Origin: Deltaproteobacteria bacterium
GTDB lineage: Bacteria > Desulfobacterota > DSM-4660 > Desulfatiglandales > HGW-15
NCBI GenBank assembly: GCA_016930835.1
Contig: JAFGGA010000160.1
Span: 138-64,137 of the forward strand
Length of the DNA: 64,000 bases
Direction: 5' to 3'
A program made the position numbers and the translations under genes. The notes under the pieces are model-generated. The model saw only the letters and a list, made by a program, of their open reading frames with translations. It was not told the DNA's origin and made no database searches. Below are positions 49,645 through 59,797 of this stretch, one piece after another (the first letter of the stretch is position 1; each line of letters starts with the position of its first letter).

Positions 49645-52600
49645 TCCGTTTTTTTGCAAGGCATCCCACTGCGGCCAATCTGTTGATGATTGTATTTCTG
49701 ACTGCCGGCGCTCTGACCACTCCCCATATCCTCCGGGAAAGCCAGCCCGATTTTGCTCCCACTGAAGTGGAGATCCGCATTCCATATCCTGGCGCAACCG
49801 CTCAGGAGATTGAAGAAGTGGTCTGCCGGCGGGTGGAAGATGCCGTTGACAGGATTAATTTTGTCAAAGAAATCCGTTCCGATGCCCGGGAGGGTATCGC
49901 TTTGATTATCATTGAAATGAACGAAGATGGTGATATGCGCACATTTTTAAGCGATATCAGAACCGAGGTCGATGCCATTGATGATTTTCCCGGGGAGGTT
50001 GAAGAACCCAAGATATCGGAATTCGGCCGGACCGATCCGGTCATGTCTTTGCTTGTCTCAGGTCCCGTGAGCGTGCCGGATCTGAAGGCTTATTCAGAAG
50101 ATCTAAAACGCCGGATGCAGGAGGCAGGTATTTCACTAATAAAAATCGAGGGGTTTTCCGATCACCTGCTGCGGGTTTCCTTGTCTGATTCAGCGCTGCG
50201 CCGGTTTGGTCTCAGTGCTGTCAATGTGGCGGAGCGCATAGCAGCTCAAAACAGGGACATTCCTCTGGGGACCATAAAAACCAATGAAAGAGATATTCTG
50301 CTTCGTTTTGTAGATCAGCGCCGCACGCCCGAGTCCCTGGAAAACCTGGTTATTCTGGCCGTTGCGGATGGCGGAGAGATTCGCCTTGGCGACATCGCCA
50401 GGATTGAGGATGTCTTTAGACTGAATGAAGACAAAATCATGACAGACGGGAAGCGGAATGCGCTCCTGAAAATTGAAAAAACAGAAAAACAGGACGCTAT
50501 CCAGGTGGGCCGGAAAATTGAATCTTTGGTGGAAGACGAGCGTGAGCGCCATCCGCAGATGGAATTGACCATTATACAGGACCAGACAGGCATTCTCATG
50601 GACCGTCTCAATATGCTCATCAAAAACGGCATTCAAGGGCTGCTTCTGGTTTTTGTCACCATGTTGCTGTTTTTCAATATTAGAATATCCTTTTGGGTAT
50701 CCATGGGTTTACCGGTCTCTTTTCTGGGCGCCTTTATTCTTGTCCCTCATCTGGGTCTCAGCATCAACATGTTCACCATGATCGGGCTGATAATGGCCCT
50801 TGGCCTGCTTATGGATGATGCCATCGTCATAGCTGAAAACATTATGACCCACAGGCAGAGAGGCAAATCACCTGCTGCCGCGGCAGTAGATGGCACCAGA
50901 GAAGTGGCCGCGGGCGTCATATCCTCCTTTCTCACGACAATCTGTATCCTGGGGCCCCTGATCTTTATCGAGGGGCAAATAGGAAAGATTTTAAGAGTGG
51001 TTCCCATGATGTTAATACTGGTATTGGCCGTGAGCCTGATCGAAGCCTTCTGGATTCTTCCCGCACACCTCAATCACACCATGCGCAAGGTTGGCCCTAA
51101 CACAAAAAACCGTTTCAGACAACGCTTTGATTCATTTTTTGACTGGGTGAGAGACCGTCTTTTGGGCAGGACGGTTGAAATACTTTTAAAATGGCGCTAT
51201 CTTTTTCTATCTTCGGTGATCGCAATATTTGTCATCTCACTGGGGATGGTGGCCTCCGGGAAAATCAAGTTTCAGGCATTTCCCGCCCTGGAAGGCGATG
51301 TTGTGATGGCCCGGATGCTGATGCCTCAGGGAACACCCCTTTTACGTACCGAAACATTAGTGGAACATATTGTGGCCGCCCTGGAACGAACCAACCAAAA
51401 GTTCAGGCAGTATCAGCCAGACAATCAGGATTTGGTCCGTAACGTCTATACCCAGTACAATCTGAATACGGAGGCCTTTGAAAATGGTCCCCATGTTGCT
51501 ACGATCACCGTGGACCTGTTGACCGCGGAGAAAAGGTGGGGCACCATTGAATCCTATCTGGCTGACTGGCGCAAAGAAATCGGTAATCCACCGGATGTAC
51601 TCGGCCTGACTCTGAGCGAGCCGGGCCATGGGCCGGGCGGCCGTCCTATCGAAGTGCGTCTCAGAGGAAAAGACCTGAATGAAATGAAAAAGGCCGTGAC
51701 TGACTTAAAAGACTGGTTTGGCAGATTTGAAGGAGTGGTAAATCTTGCGGATGATCTCAGGCCGGGCAAACCCGAGCTGAGAATGCGAATGAGGGAAGGG
51801 GCATACGGTACCGGGATCAACGCGGCCGATATCGCCCGCCAGTTGAGGGCCGCATTCCAGGGGCTCGAAGCCGATGAGTTTCAGGCCGGGCCGGAGTCTT
51901 ACGGGGTAGAGGTCCGTTTGGCCGGGATGGATCGAGACAGCTTGCAGCACCTTGAAAATTTTAATCTTGTTCTCCCTGACGGAAACCGGGTACCATTACG
52001 CACATTGGCCACGTGGGAGATGGAAAAGGGGTGGGCGCGAATTGCCCGTTTCAACGGCATGCGGGCCGTCACCCTCCGTGGCGATGTGGATGACCGGCTG
52101 ATCAACGTCAATGAATTGATGAACCTTTTCCGCAAAACTTATCTCAACAAATTTAATGAAGCCTATCCGTCCCTGCGCCTTGAGATTGCCGGTTCTCTCG
52201 AAGAAAGCAGCACAACAATGAAGTCCATTTTCAGCTCCATGATTATCGGGCTTATCGGGATATTTGTTCTGTTAAGCTTTCAGTTCAAATCCTATACTGA
52301 GCCTTTTATCGTAATGCTGGCCATCCCCTTTTCCCTTATAGGTGTGATCTGGGGCCACAAACTCATGGGCGTACACATCAGCATGCCGAGTTTGCTTGGG
52401 TTTGTCGCACTGGGAGGAGTGGTCGTGAACGACGCTATCCTGCTGGTTATTTTTCTCAAAAATGCCAGGAAGGAAGGTCTGCCTATTCATGAAGCCGCCT
52501 CTCTTGCAAGCAGGGCACGTTTCCGGGCGGTGCTGCTGACATCATCTACCACCATTGCCGGTCTGCTTCCGCTGATGTTTGAAAAGAGTCTTCAGGCCCA

Positions 52601-52751
52601 GGCGCTGATTCCCCTGGCCATCAGCACATCATTCGGACTGATGGCAAGCACGGTGCTGGTGTTGTTGGCGATTCCCTGTATGTATGTGATTCTGGGAGAC
52701 TTCGGGATTATTGAAAAAATGGATGCAGGATCGGACGCGGATACTGTTTAG
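49641..52751 (+). CDS. Efflux RND transporter permease (AcrB/CzcA superfamily)
   Basis: 1036 aa with 12-TM topology and two large periplasmic loops. The N-terminus is MIRFFARHPTAANLLMI. Conserved TM4-like block GLIMALGLLMDDAIVIAENI and its second-half repeat GFVALGGVVVNDAILLV. Confidence 0.95.
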   Translation: MIRFFARHPTAANLLMIVFLTAGALTTPHILRESQPDFAPTEVEIRIPYPGATAQEIEEVVCRRVEDAVDRINFVKEIRSDAREGIALIIIEMNEDGDMRTFLSDIRTEVDAIDDFPGEVEEPKISEFGRTDPVMSLLVSGPVSVPDLKAYSEDLKRRMQEAGISLIKIEGFSDHLLRVSLSDSALRRFGLSAVNVAERIAAQNRDIPLGTIKTNERDILLRFVDQRRTPESLENLVILAVADGGEIRLGDIARIEDVFRLNEDKIMTDGKRNALLKIEKTEKQDAIQVGRKIESLVEDERERHPQMELTIIQDQTGILMDRLNMLIKNGIQGLLLVFVTMLLFFNIRISFWVSMGLPVSFLGAFILVPHLGLSINMFTMIGLIMALGLLMDDAIVIAENIMTHRQRGKSPAAAAVDGTREVAAGVISSFLTTICILGPLIFIEGQIGKILRVVPMMLILVLAVSLIEAFWILPAHLNHTMRKVGPNTKNRFRQRFDSFFDWVRDRLLGRTVEILLKWRYLFLSSVIAIFVISLGMVASGKIKFQAFPALEGDVVMARMLMPQGTPLLRTETLVEHIVAALERTNQKFRQYQPDNQDLVRNVYTQYNLNTEAFENGPHVATITVDLLTAEKRWGTIESYLADWRKEIGNPPDVLGLTLSEPGHGPGGRPIEVRLRGKDLNEMKKAVTDLKDWFGRFEGVVNLADDLRPGKPELRMRMREGAYGTGINAADIARQLRAAFQGLEADEFQAGPESYGVEVRLAGMDRDSLQHLENFNLVLPDGNRVPLRTLATWEMEKGWARIARFNGMRAVTLRGDVDDRLINVNELMNLFRKTYLNKFNEAYPSLRLEIAGSLEESSTTMKSIFSSMIIGLIGIFVLLSFQFKSYTEPFIVMLAIPFSLIGVIWGHKLMGVHISMPSLLGFVALGGVVVNDAILLVIFLKNARKEGLPIHEAASLASRARFRAVLLTSSTTIAGLLPLMFEKSLQAQALIPLAISTSFGLMASTVLVLLAIPCMYVILGDFGIIEKMDAGSDADTV

Positions 52752-52791
52752 TCCCTGTTTGATAACTTTTGAATCTTCGTCCCTATACGTG

Positions 52792-52807
52792 TTTGCGCCG
52801 GCGCAAA
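52792..52807. promoter_or_regulatory. Perfect 16-bp palindrome TTTGCGCCGGCGCAAA, copy 2
   Basis: Identical 16-mer followed by GAC, 41 nt after the RND stop and 140 nt before the methyltransferase ATG. A -10-like ACTAAT lies at 52832-52837. Confidence 0.55.
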
Positions 52808-52946
52808 GACGCGATCCCACGCAACATTGATACTAATTGAAATTGATATACGCAGCGCTCGCAAGAGATGACGAGTTCCGATCGATTGGTGTTCAAAACC
52901 ATGCGGGGAACCTATTGCGTGGAATTTCCGGAAAGGAGGTTGGTTA

Positions 52947-53576
52947 ATGGATATTTTGATCCTAAAAACCGGACTGATGGGCCTGCTGATACGGTTTATC
53001 ATCAAGCATCCGGACATTATGGAATCGAAATTATTCCTAAAGGCAATGGCCGTTTTCCCCTCGAAGATCAGCAAGAGCTATGATGATAAAATCGCGGAGA
53101 TCGGGGAAGATTATCAAGCCGCCTTAGAGAAAGGTCTGCCTCGTATAAGGAAAAATCCCCGGAGGATTCTTGATTTATGCACCGGAACCGGATTTGCTGC
53201 GTTTGCCGCTTCGGATCATTTTCCCGATGCGACGATTGAGGCCATTGATCAAAGCAAGGAAATGATAAGGATTGCGATGCAAAAAGCAAGTGCAAAAAAT
53301 AAAGATGCCATTCAATTCAAGATTGGGAATTCCACCGCTTTACAATACAATGATAATACATTTGACTTAATGATAACCTCCAACGCGCCTGTTTATCTGT
53401 CAGAGGCCGCAAGGGTATTAAAACCGGGCGGACTCATCCTGATCGCCTATTCTTTCAGCGGCCCCTCCTTCGTGAAAGCGGCAAAGCACATTTCCCGTTA
53501 TCTAGCGAAAGATGGCTTGACATTATTAGAGATAAAAAATGTAAGAAAGGGGGCGTATATACTGGGTCGTAAATGA
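52947..53576 (+). CDS. Class I SAM-dependent methyltransferase
   Basis: Strong SD (AAGGAGG) upstream of ATG 52947. SAM motif I is ILDLCTGTGFAAFAAS, with the post-I acidic residue in AIDQS and motif III in LKPGGLILIAY. Confidence 0.8.
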   Translation: MDILILKTGLMGLLIRFIIKHPDIMESKLFLKAMAVFPSKISKSYDDKIAEIGEDYQAALEKGLPRIRKNPRRILDLCTGTGFAAFAASDHFPDATIEAIDQSKEMIRIAMQKASAKNKDAIQFKIGNSTALQYNDNTFDLMITSNAPVYLSEAARVLKPGGLILIAYSFSGPSFVKAAKHISRYLAKDGLTLLEIKNVRKGAYILGRK

Positions 53577-53614
53577 CCAGCAATATACCCTGTTTGCCCT
53601 CCGTGGTCGTGGTC

Positions 53615-53630
53615 GTTGCGCCGGAGCAAA
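53615..53630. promoter_or_regulatory. Near-palindrome GTTGCGCCGGAGCAAA (TTGCG-N4-AGCAA), copy 3
   Basis: It differs from the 16-mer at two positions: the outer first base, and one base inside the TTGCG-N4-CGCAA core. It is again followed by GAC. It lies ~36 nt upstream of the DUF1858 ATG (53666). A -10-like TAGATT lies at 53652-53657. Confidence 0.5.
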
Positions 53631-53665
53631 GACAAGAACCCACACTCGTAATAGATTGGGATACA

Positions 53666-53875
53666 ATGAATCTCGATTCCAAAATGACGGTGAGTGAATT
53701 GATAACCGCTCATCCATCGGTTATGGGCGTTTTCATGAAACATAGACTGCTCTGCATCGGGTGCCCGGCCGAAACCTTTCACACATTGGAGGATGTCGCC
53801 AGCATAAACGGCATCGCATTGGGTGATCTGATGAAAGATCTCCGCCGGGTCGCCGACGCCCGGGTAAAATCATGA
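53666..53875 (+). CDS. DUF1858 domain protein (hybrid-cluster-protein-associated redox disulfide protein)
   Basis: MTVSELITAHPSVMGVFMKHRLLCIGCPAETFHTLEDVASINGI with the CxxC pair. The start is set at ATG 53666 because the track start at 53573 would span the operator-like site. Confidence 0.75.
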   Translation: MNLDSKMTVSELITAHPSVMGVFMKHRLLCIGCPAETFHTLEDVASINGIALGDLMKDLRRVADARVKS

Positions 53876-53966
53876 GCGATTTTGATAAGCGCATTCGCCG
53901 CCGGCAGCCACGATAACACAGGATGATTATTTGTCGATAACCATTTAAAATGAAAGGAGAAAAATC

Positions 53967-55613
53967 ATGTTTTGTTTTCAATGTCAAGAAACAGCAAAAA
54001 ATCAAGGATGCACCGTCAAGGGCGTGTGTGGGAAGCCGGAGGAGACCGCTGATCTTCAGGATCTGCTCATATACGTGTGCAAGGGCATTTCGGTTTACGG
54101 GGAAAAGTTGAAGGAAAAAGGTACGGTGGACAAAGACGCCGGCCGCTTCATATGTGAAGCCCTTTTCACCACCATCACCAACGTGGCCTGGGACGATGAT
54201 GTGATTATCGACCGGATCAAGCAGGCCCTCAAGGTCCGGGACGCGGTCAAGGAGAAGGTCGGTGCCGGCCTATCCGGCGCGCTTCCGGATTGCGCCACAT
54301 GGTCTTCGGATAAAAAGGAAGAAATGGTTGCCAAGGCCACGTCCGATGAGGTCCGCATTACGGCCGCCCAAAACGAGGATGTACGTTCCCTGAGAGAGCT
54401 GCTGATTATCGGCAGCAAGGGAATCGCGGCTTATGCTGATCACGCCGCGATTCTCGGTCATGAAAAGGATGACATCTATGGCTTTCTTATGGAGGCCCTG
54501 GCTTCCACCACCAGGGAGCTTTCAACGGACGAGATGATCAGCATGGTCATGAAGGCCGGGGAAACCGCCGTCAACACCATGGCGCTGTTGGATGAGGCCA
54601 ACACGACGGCATACGGTCATCCTGAAATCACCGAGGTGAATATCGGCGTGGGCAAAAATCCCGGTATCCTGATTTCCGGCCACGACCTGAAAGACATGGA
54701 GGAGTTGCTTAAACAAACCCAAGGAACCGGTGTGGACGTCTACACACACGGAGAGATGCTACCGGCCAATTACTATCCGGCCTTCAAAAAATACGACCAC
54801 TTTATCGGCAACTACGGCGGGTCGTGGTGGCACCAGAACAATGAGTTCGAATCATTCAACGGTCCCATCATCCTCACCACCAACTGCCTGATCCCCATAA
54901 AAAAGGATAACACCTACCTGGACCGGTTGTTTACCACCGGCGTGGTCAATTATCCGGGAGCCAAGCACATCGCCAACAGGCCAAAAGGTGGCGCAAAGGA
55001 TTTTTCCGCGGTCGTGGAACGGGCCAGGCAGTGTGAACCGCCGCAGGAAATCGAGTCCGGCAAGATCGTGGGCGGTTTCGCTCACAACCAGGTCCTGGCC
55101 CTGGCCGGCAAGGTGATCGACGCCGTCAAATCAGGAGCTATCAAGCGCTTTGTGGTCATGGCCGGGTGCGACGGGCGCCAGAAATCCCGCGGTTACTTTA
55201 CCGAAGTGGCCGAAAACCTCCCCAAGGAGACGGTGATCCTGACGGCCGGGTGCGCCAAATACCGTTACAACAAACTGGCCTTGGGTGATATCGGCGGCAT
55301 TCCCCGCATTCTGGACGCGGGTCAGTGCAACGATTGCTATTCCCTGGCCGTGATCGCACTGAAACTCAAAGAGGCCTTCGGCCTGAACGATATCAATGAA
55401 TTGCCCGTTTCCTACGACATTGCCTGGTACGAGCAAAAGGCCGTGGCCGTGCTGCTGGCACTTCTCTTCCTGGGCGTCAAGGGCATTCGCCTGGGTCCCA
55501 CTCTGCCGGCCTTCCTGTCTCCCAACGTAGCCAATGTACTGGTTGATAAATTCGACATCAAACCCATCGGCACCGTCGAGGAAGATATAGCAGCCATGAT
55601 GGCCGGAAATTAA
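53967..55613 (+). CDS. hcp: Hybrid cluster protein (hydroxylamine/NO reductase Hcp)
   Basis: N-terminal cysteine motif [23 protein letters not shown] and the ~550-aa length class. Conserved blocks are [34 protein letters not shown] and LDAGQCND. Confidence 0.95.
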   Translation: MFCFQCQETAKNQGCTVKGVCGKPEETADLQDLLIYVCKGISVYGEKLKEKGTVDKDAGRFICEALFTTITNVAWDDDVIIDRIKQALKVRDAVKEKVGAGLSGALPDCATWSSDKKEEMVAKATSDEVRITAAQNEDVRSLRELLIIGSKGIAAYADHAAILGHEKDDIYGFLMEALASTTRELSTDEMISMVMKAGETAVNTMALLDEANTTAYGHPEITEVNIGVGKNPGILISGHDLKDMEELLKQTQGTGVDVYTHGEMLPANYYPAFKKYDHFIGNYGGSWWHQNNEFESFNGPIILTTNCLIPIKKDNTYLDRLFTTGVVNYPGAKHIANRPKGGAKDFSAVVERARQCEPPQEIESGKIVGGFAHNQVLALAGKVIDAVKSGAIKRFVVMAGCDGRQKSRGYFTEVAENLPKETVILTAGCAKYRYNKLALGDIGGIPRILDAGQCNDCYSLAVIALKLKEAFGLNDINELPVSYDIAWYEQKAVAVLLALLFLGVKGIRLGPTLPAFLSPNVANVLVDKFDIKPIGTVEEDIAAMMAGN

Positions 55614-55644
55614 CCCAATCGATGGATATGAAAGATGAGATCCC

Positions 55645-55678
55645 GTGACGCTCCCTTTACGATCTCCGGGAGCGTCAC
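55645..55678 (+). terminator. Stem-loop after hcp (possible terminator; no U-tract)
   Basis: Perfect 11-bp inverted repeat GTGACGCTCCC (55645-55655) / GGGAGCGTCAC (55668-55678) with a 12-nt loop, 32 nt after the hcp stop. It is followed by AAAAGG, not a T-run. Confidence 0.35.
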
Positions 55679-56356
55679 AAAAGGTGCATGAAGGATAAAG
55701 ATAATCAAAGCAAAAGGCAATCTGACAGAAAGACCGCATAACGTGAAGGCCGACGGGATACCCATGCAGAGACAATCAAGAGAATCTTTTCAATGATATC
55801 ACCGAAAGGATCGCACCCCGAACGCCGAGATCGGGTTTAAGGGAAGTTTTCGAGACAGCTTCTAAGCATATTCAACCTACCGCTTTTTTAGCCCCATGCA
55901 AAAAATCACCGAGCGAACGGAAAAAGTTATACCTGCCCCTTCCAAAATGCAGCTGCGTCTGCCAGCTTGACTCTGCCGACATGGCACCGCAATAATGGCC
56001 GGGGATCAATTGGATTCAGGGTCTAAAGCATGGTTTTACCCTTCCTCGAATCCCAAAATACCCACTTCTGAATTATTATTCAAAAACCAATCTATATTTA
56101 ACCAAATAAACCAAAAAAACACATCGTATAATGTACAAGTTATTCATTCCTTCGCACTAATTTAATAGAATAACCAGTAAAACCCTTGACCAATATACAT
56201 AAATAAGGTAATTCTTCCTAAGTTTTCAAAGCATTTTCTTCTCTTTATAATCAAGAATAAATAACTGATTAGATCTATTAAAGAAATGATGCGTTTGGTG
56301 GAGTCGAATAGGCCATACTCTAGGCCAAAGGGCGACAACTGGAGAGTCTTCAAAGG

Positions 56357-59300
56357 ATGACAGCGACAGCAAGCCAAATATCTGAAGGGTGTATTATTCT
56401 CAGTGCTCTCTTCAATGAGCCAATGCGCGTGGAGACTATACGAGTCAGTGGCGATGGTACTTGGACAATCGGCATTGTAGGTACACAATCCGAACGTTTC
56501 CGTAAAGTCACATTGACCGAGTATGAGATTGAAACCCTTACCATATTGGATACTCGGGTCACCTTTGATGGCGATGGCAAATTGTTACGACTTGGCCTTC
56601 AAGCCTATTCCCTTGGAATCGCGTGGGAGTTCGATCCCTATTTTGGTCTTTCCATTTCCCGAGTTGATCCATTACCACATCAATTAGAGGCTATTTATGA
56701 CTATCTCCTGAAGCTGGCCCGAGTCCGATTCCTATTGGCAGACGATGCCGGAGCCGGGAAAACCATTATGGCAGGTCTCCTCATTCGTGAACTCCAATTA
56801 AGGGGGCTAGCAGAGAGGATTCTGATTGTCTGCCCAGCCAACCTGGCTTTTCAATGGCAACGAGAGTTAAAAGAAAAATTCGATGAAAAGTTCATCGTCC
56901 TGAAGGGAAGCGATATCCGGGATCAATTCGGTGTTAACCAGTGGTTGGAACAAAAGAGAATTATCACCTCACTTGATCTGGCCAAGCGTACAGAGATTCT
57001 ACCCGGTCTTAACCAGGTTCATTGGGACCTTATTATTGTAGATGAGGCCCATCGGATGTCCTGGAGTCCACCCGCCCGAAAGACCGCACGTTACGCCCTA
57101 GGTGAACTTCTTCGAGATACTTCAGATCACATGTTATTACTGACCGCAACCCCGCATAAGGGTGATCCCGCAAATTTCTCTTTATTCCTGCAATTACTTG
57201 ATGCCGATGCCTATGCAGATGTCCGTTCCATTCGTGAGGCCATGGATCGGCGTCGCGCCCCGTTCTATCTACGGCGTACCAAAGAAGCCATGGTCTACTT
57301 TCCGGAACGGAAACTGAACGGCACCTGGGCAGCGGAAAAAATATTTACCAAACGCATCCCCCATACTGTTGCTTTTCAGATCGATGGCCCTGAATTTGAT
57401 CTTTACCAGGAAATCACCCGATTTGTAAAACGGCAAAGCGCAATAGCCGCTGCCCAGGGTGATGATCCCCGTGCACGGGCCGTGGGATTTTTAATGGCCC
57501 TTTATCAGCGCAGATTGGCCTCCAGTGTCTATGCCATGCGGCATAGCCTGGAAAATCGTGCCCGAAGATTGGAAGACGGTCTGCGACGCGCCCAGGAACT
57601 GGTTCGACTCGCGCCGCCAAGCCTTCCTGATCCGGACGAGATCGAAGAGATGGAAGAAAATGAACGTGAGCGGCTCGAGGAGATGCTTGAAGCCATCACG
57701 CTCGCCGGCAATGCAGAACAGGTGCGTGAGGAGATGGCTGAACTTCGCGACTTGGCCCAACAGGCCCAGGCGGTTGAAGACTCAGGTGCGGAAGCCAAAC
57801 TATCTAAACTCAAAGATCTCCTGCACAAGGAGGGGTTTTTCGATCATTCGGACAAGCGGCTTCTCCTGTTTACTGAGTTTAAAGATACGCTCAACTACCT
57901 GGTTGAAAATCTCAAGGCATGGGGGTTCAAAGTCGGCTCTATTCATGGCGGCATGAAGCCCGGCTCACGGAACGAGCCAGGCACCCGGCTTTATTCAGAG
58001 CAGCAGTTTCGCGAAGGGGCCATCCAGGTGCTGGTAGCCACTGAGGCGGCTGGTGAGGGAATCAACCTTCAGGTCTGCAACATCCTGTTTAACTACGATA
58101 TCCCATGGAACCCTAACCGTTTAGAACAGCGGATGGGCCGTATCCACCGTTATGGTCAACGGAAGGACTGCCTCATCTTCAATTTTGTGGCCACCAATAC
58201 CATCGAAGGCCGAGTTCTCCAGCGTCTGCTGGAAAGACTCCAGGAAATACGGAATGCCTTGGATGATGATGCGGTGTTCAACGTTGTGGGGGAGATCCTT
58301 CCGGCCGTTCATGTGGAACGTATTCTTCGAGACTAATATGCAGGCAGGCTGGGAGATGCGGATCTCGAAGAACGTTTACTTGAAAATGTAGATGAAGAGC
58401 GTTTTCGATCCATCTGTCAAAATGCCCTGGAGGGCCTGGCGTCCAAGACACTCAATCTGGAAATGCTGATCGAGCGCCGCGCCCGCGCACAGGAGTGCCG
58501 TGTCGTGCCCGAAACCATCGCCCGGTTCATCCGCGAGGCAGCCGAATATGTCCCCCTCAAGCTCAAGACATTGGACAACTTGCCCCACACCTTTGAACCG
58601 GCACGGACCCCCGTAATCCTCCAGAAATACGAGCGGGAGCCCAACTGGAAGCTACCTGCGGTGGCCGCCAGATACCCGAGATGTTCCACTGACCGCGACA
58701 CGGCTGAAAAGAACAATTTCGAGTGGGTGACGCCGGGCCATCCCCTTTTTGAGGCCGTCCGTAGATACACCTTTGAAAAAGCCGGTGAAACATTCGGTAA
58801 CGGCGCTTGCTTCTATTCCTTGCAGCACGAAGAGCCGTCCCGGATAGATTTCTATCGCGCACGCGTCGTGGACGGCATGGGTCACGTGGTTCACGAACGA
58901 CTTTTTGCCGTAGAGCTTGGGGCCAACCCCAGTCCATGTCTTCGTGAGCCGAACGTACTGGGAAATTATTTACCTGCTGACCCACCGAAAGAGCTTCCCG
59001 TAATAGCAGTTGCAGAAGAACCTTCCGCATGGTTGCACAGAAACGCCCTTGAGGCCTTTCTTGAAGAAACCCGGGAGGAGCGACTGGCGGAAGTCGAACG
59101 CATTGCCCATCACGTGGAGCTTTCGCTGACAGAACTGCTACAGCGTGCAGACGAAGAAATAGGCAAAGCCAATGAAGATAAAGACAAAGGCGTCGCTGGT
59201 GCGGAGGGCCGTCTGGCCCAGGCTGAAAATCGTCATTCTGAGCTTTTGGCCCGCCGGGAACGCCGCCGCCGGGAATTGGAATGTCAACGGTCCTTATCTC

Positions 59301-59797
59301 TCCAGGCCGTTGAACGGATCACAAGCGTGCTCATTATCCCTCATCCCGAGCGCGAGGCCCCGGATGTTCGCAGCATGCGACCAAACCCGGAGACCGAGGC
59401 CATTGCCATGCAGGTGGTAATGGATTATGAAAAGGCCCAGGGCCGCCAGGTTTATGATGTTCATGAGAAGAACCTGGGCTACGATGTCACCAGTTTGAAC
59501 ATCAATTCCGGTGAACTGCGCCTGATCGAGGTCAAGGGTTTGTCTGAAGCCAAAGGCACGATCCTGCTTACGCCCAACGAACGCCGCGTGGCCGAAGACC
59601 GGCGCGACTGCTATTGGCTCTATGTGGTCACCAACTGCAACGCTATGCCGACCATGCAGGAACCCATCAAAGACCCGGCCCGCTTCCCATGGCACGAGGT
59701 GACCAAGGTGGCCCACTTCTGGCTGGAAGTGAACGCCATGACCCGGCCCATGATGGTGAGGGAGGATGGTGTGCCGTATGGAGGGAAACGATCATGA
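56357..59797 (+). pseudogene. SNF2-family helicase fused to a C-terminal DUF3883 (PD-(D/E)xK-like) nuclease domain, interrupted by one in-frame TAA (58334-58336)
   Basis: ORFs 56357-58336 and 58463-59797 are in the same frame (offset 2106 = 702 codons), and the 42 codons between them are open. Helicase motifs are LLADDAGAGKT, IIVDEAHRM, LLLTATPHKG, VLVATEAAGEGINLQ and QRMGRIHRYGQ. The C-terminal block is GYDVTSLNINSGELRLIEVKGLSEAKGTILLTPNERRVAEDRRDCYWLYVV. Confidence 0.85.

Noticed and set aside
55131-55775. 214-aa minus-strand ORF antisense to the 3' part of hcp.
   Set aside because: It lies almost entirely inside the strongly supported hcp CDS, in a GC-rich stretch where long antisense ORFs arise by chance. 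It has no recognisable motif and low-complexity Gly/His/Gln-rich content.
58334-58336. The in-frame stop considered as programmed recoding (selenocysteine or pyrrolysine).
   Set aside because: The codon is TAA, not TGA or TAG. I see no SECIS-like hairpin immediately downstream. A nonsense mutation or sequencing error is the simpler explanation.
59614-59793. 60-codon N-terminal extension of the AlbA_2 ORF.
   Set aside because: It is an out-of-frame overlap with the DUF3883 region of the upstream gene. The AlbA_2 family begins near MKVSGNLPTPKQLNKLLKKGEGQKLEFK, and ATG 59794 forms an ATGA overlap with the upstream stop.
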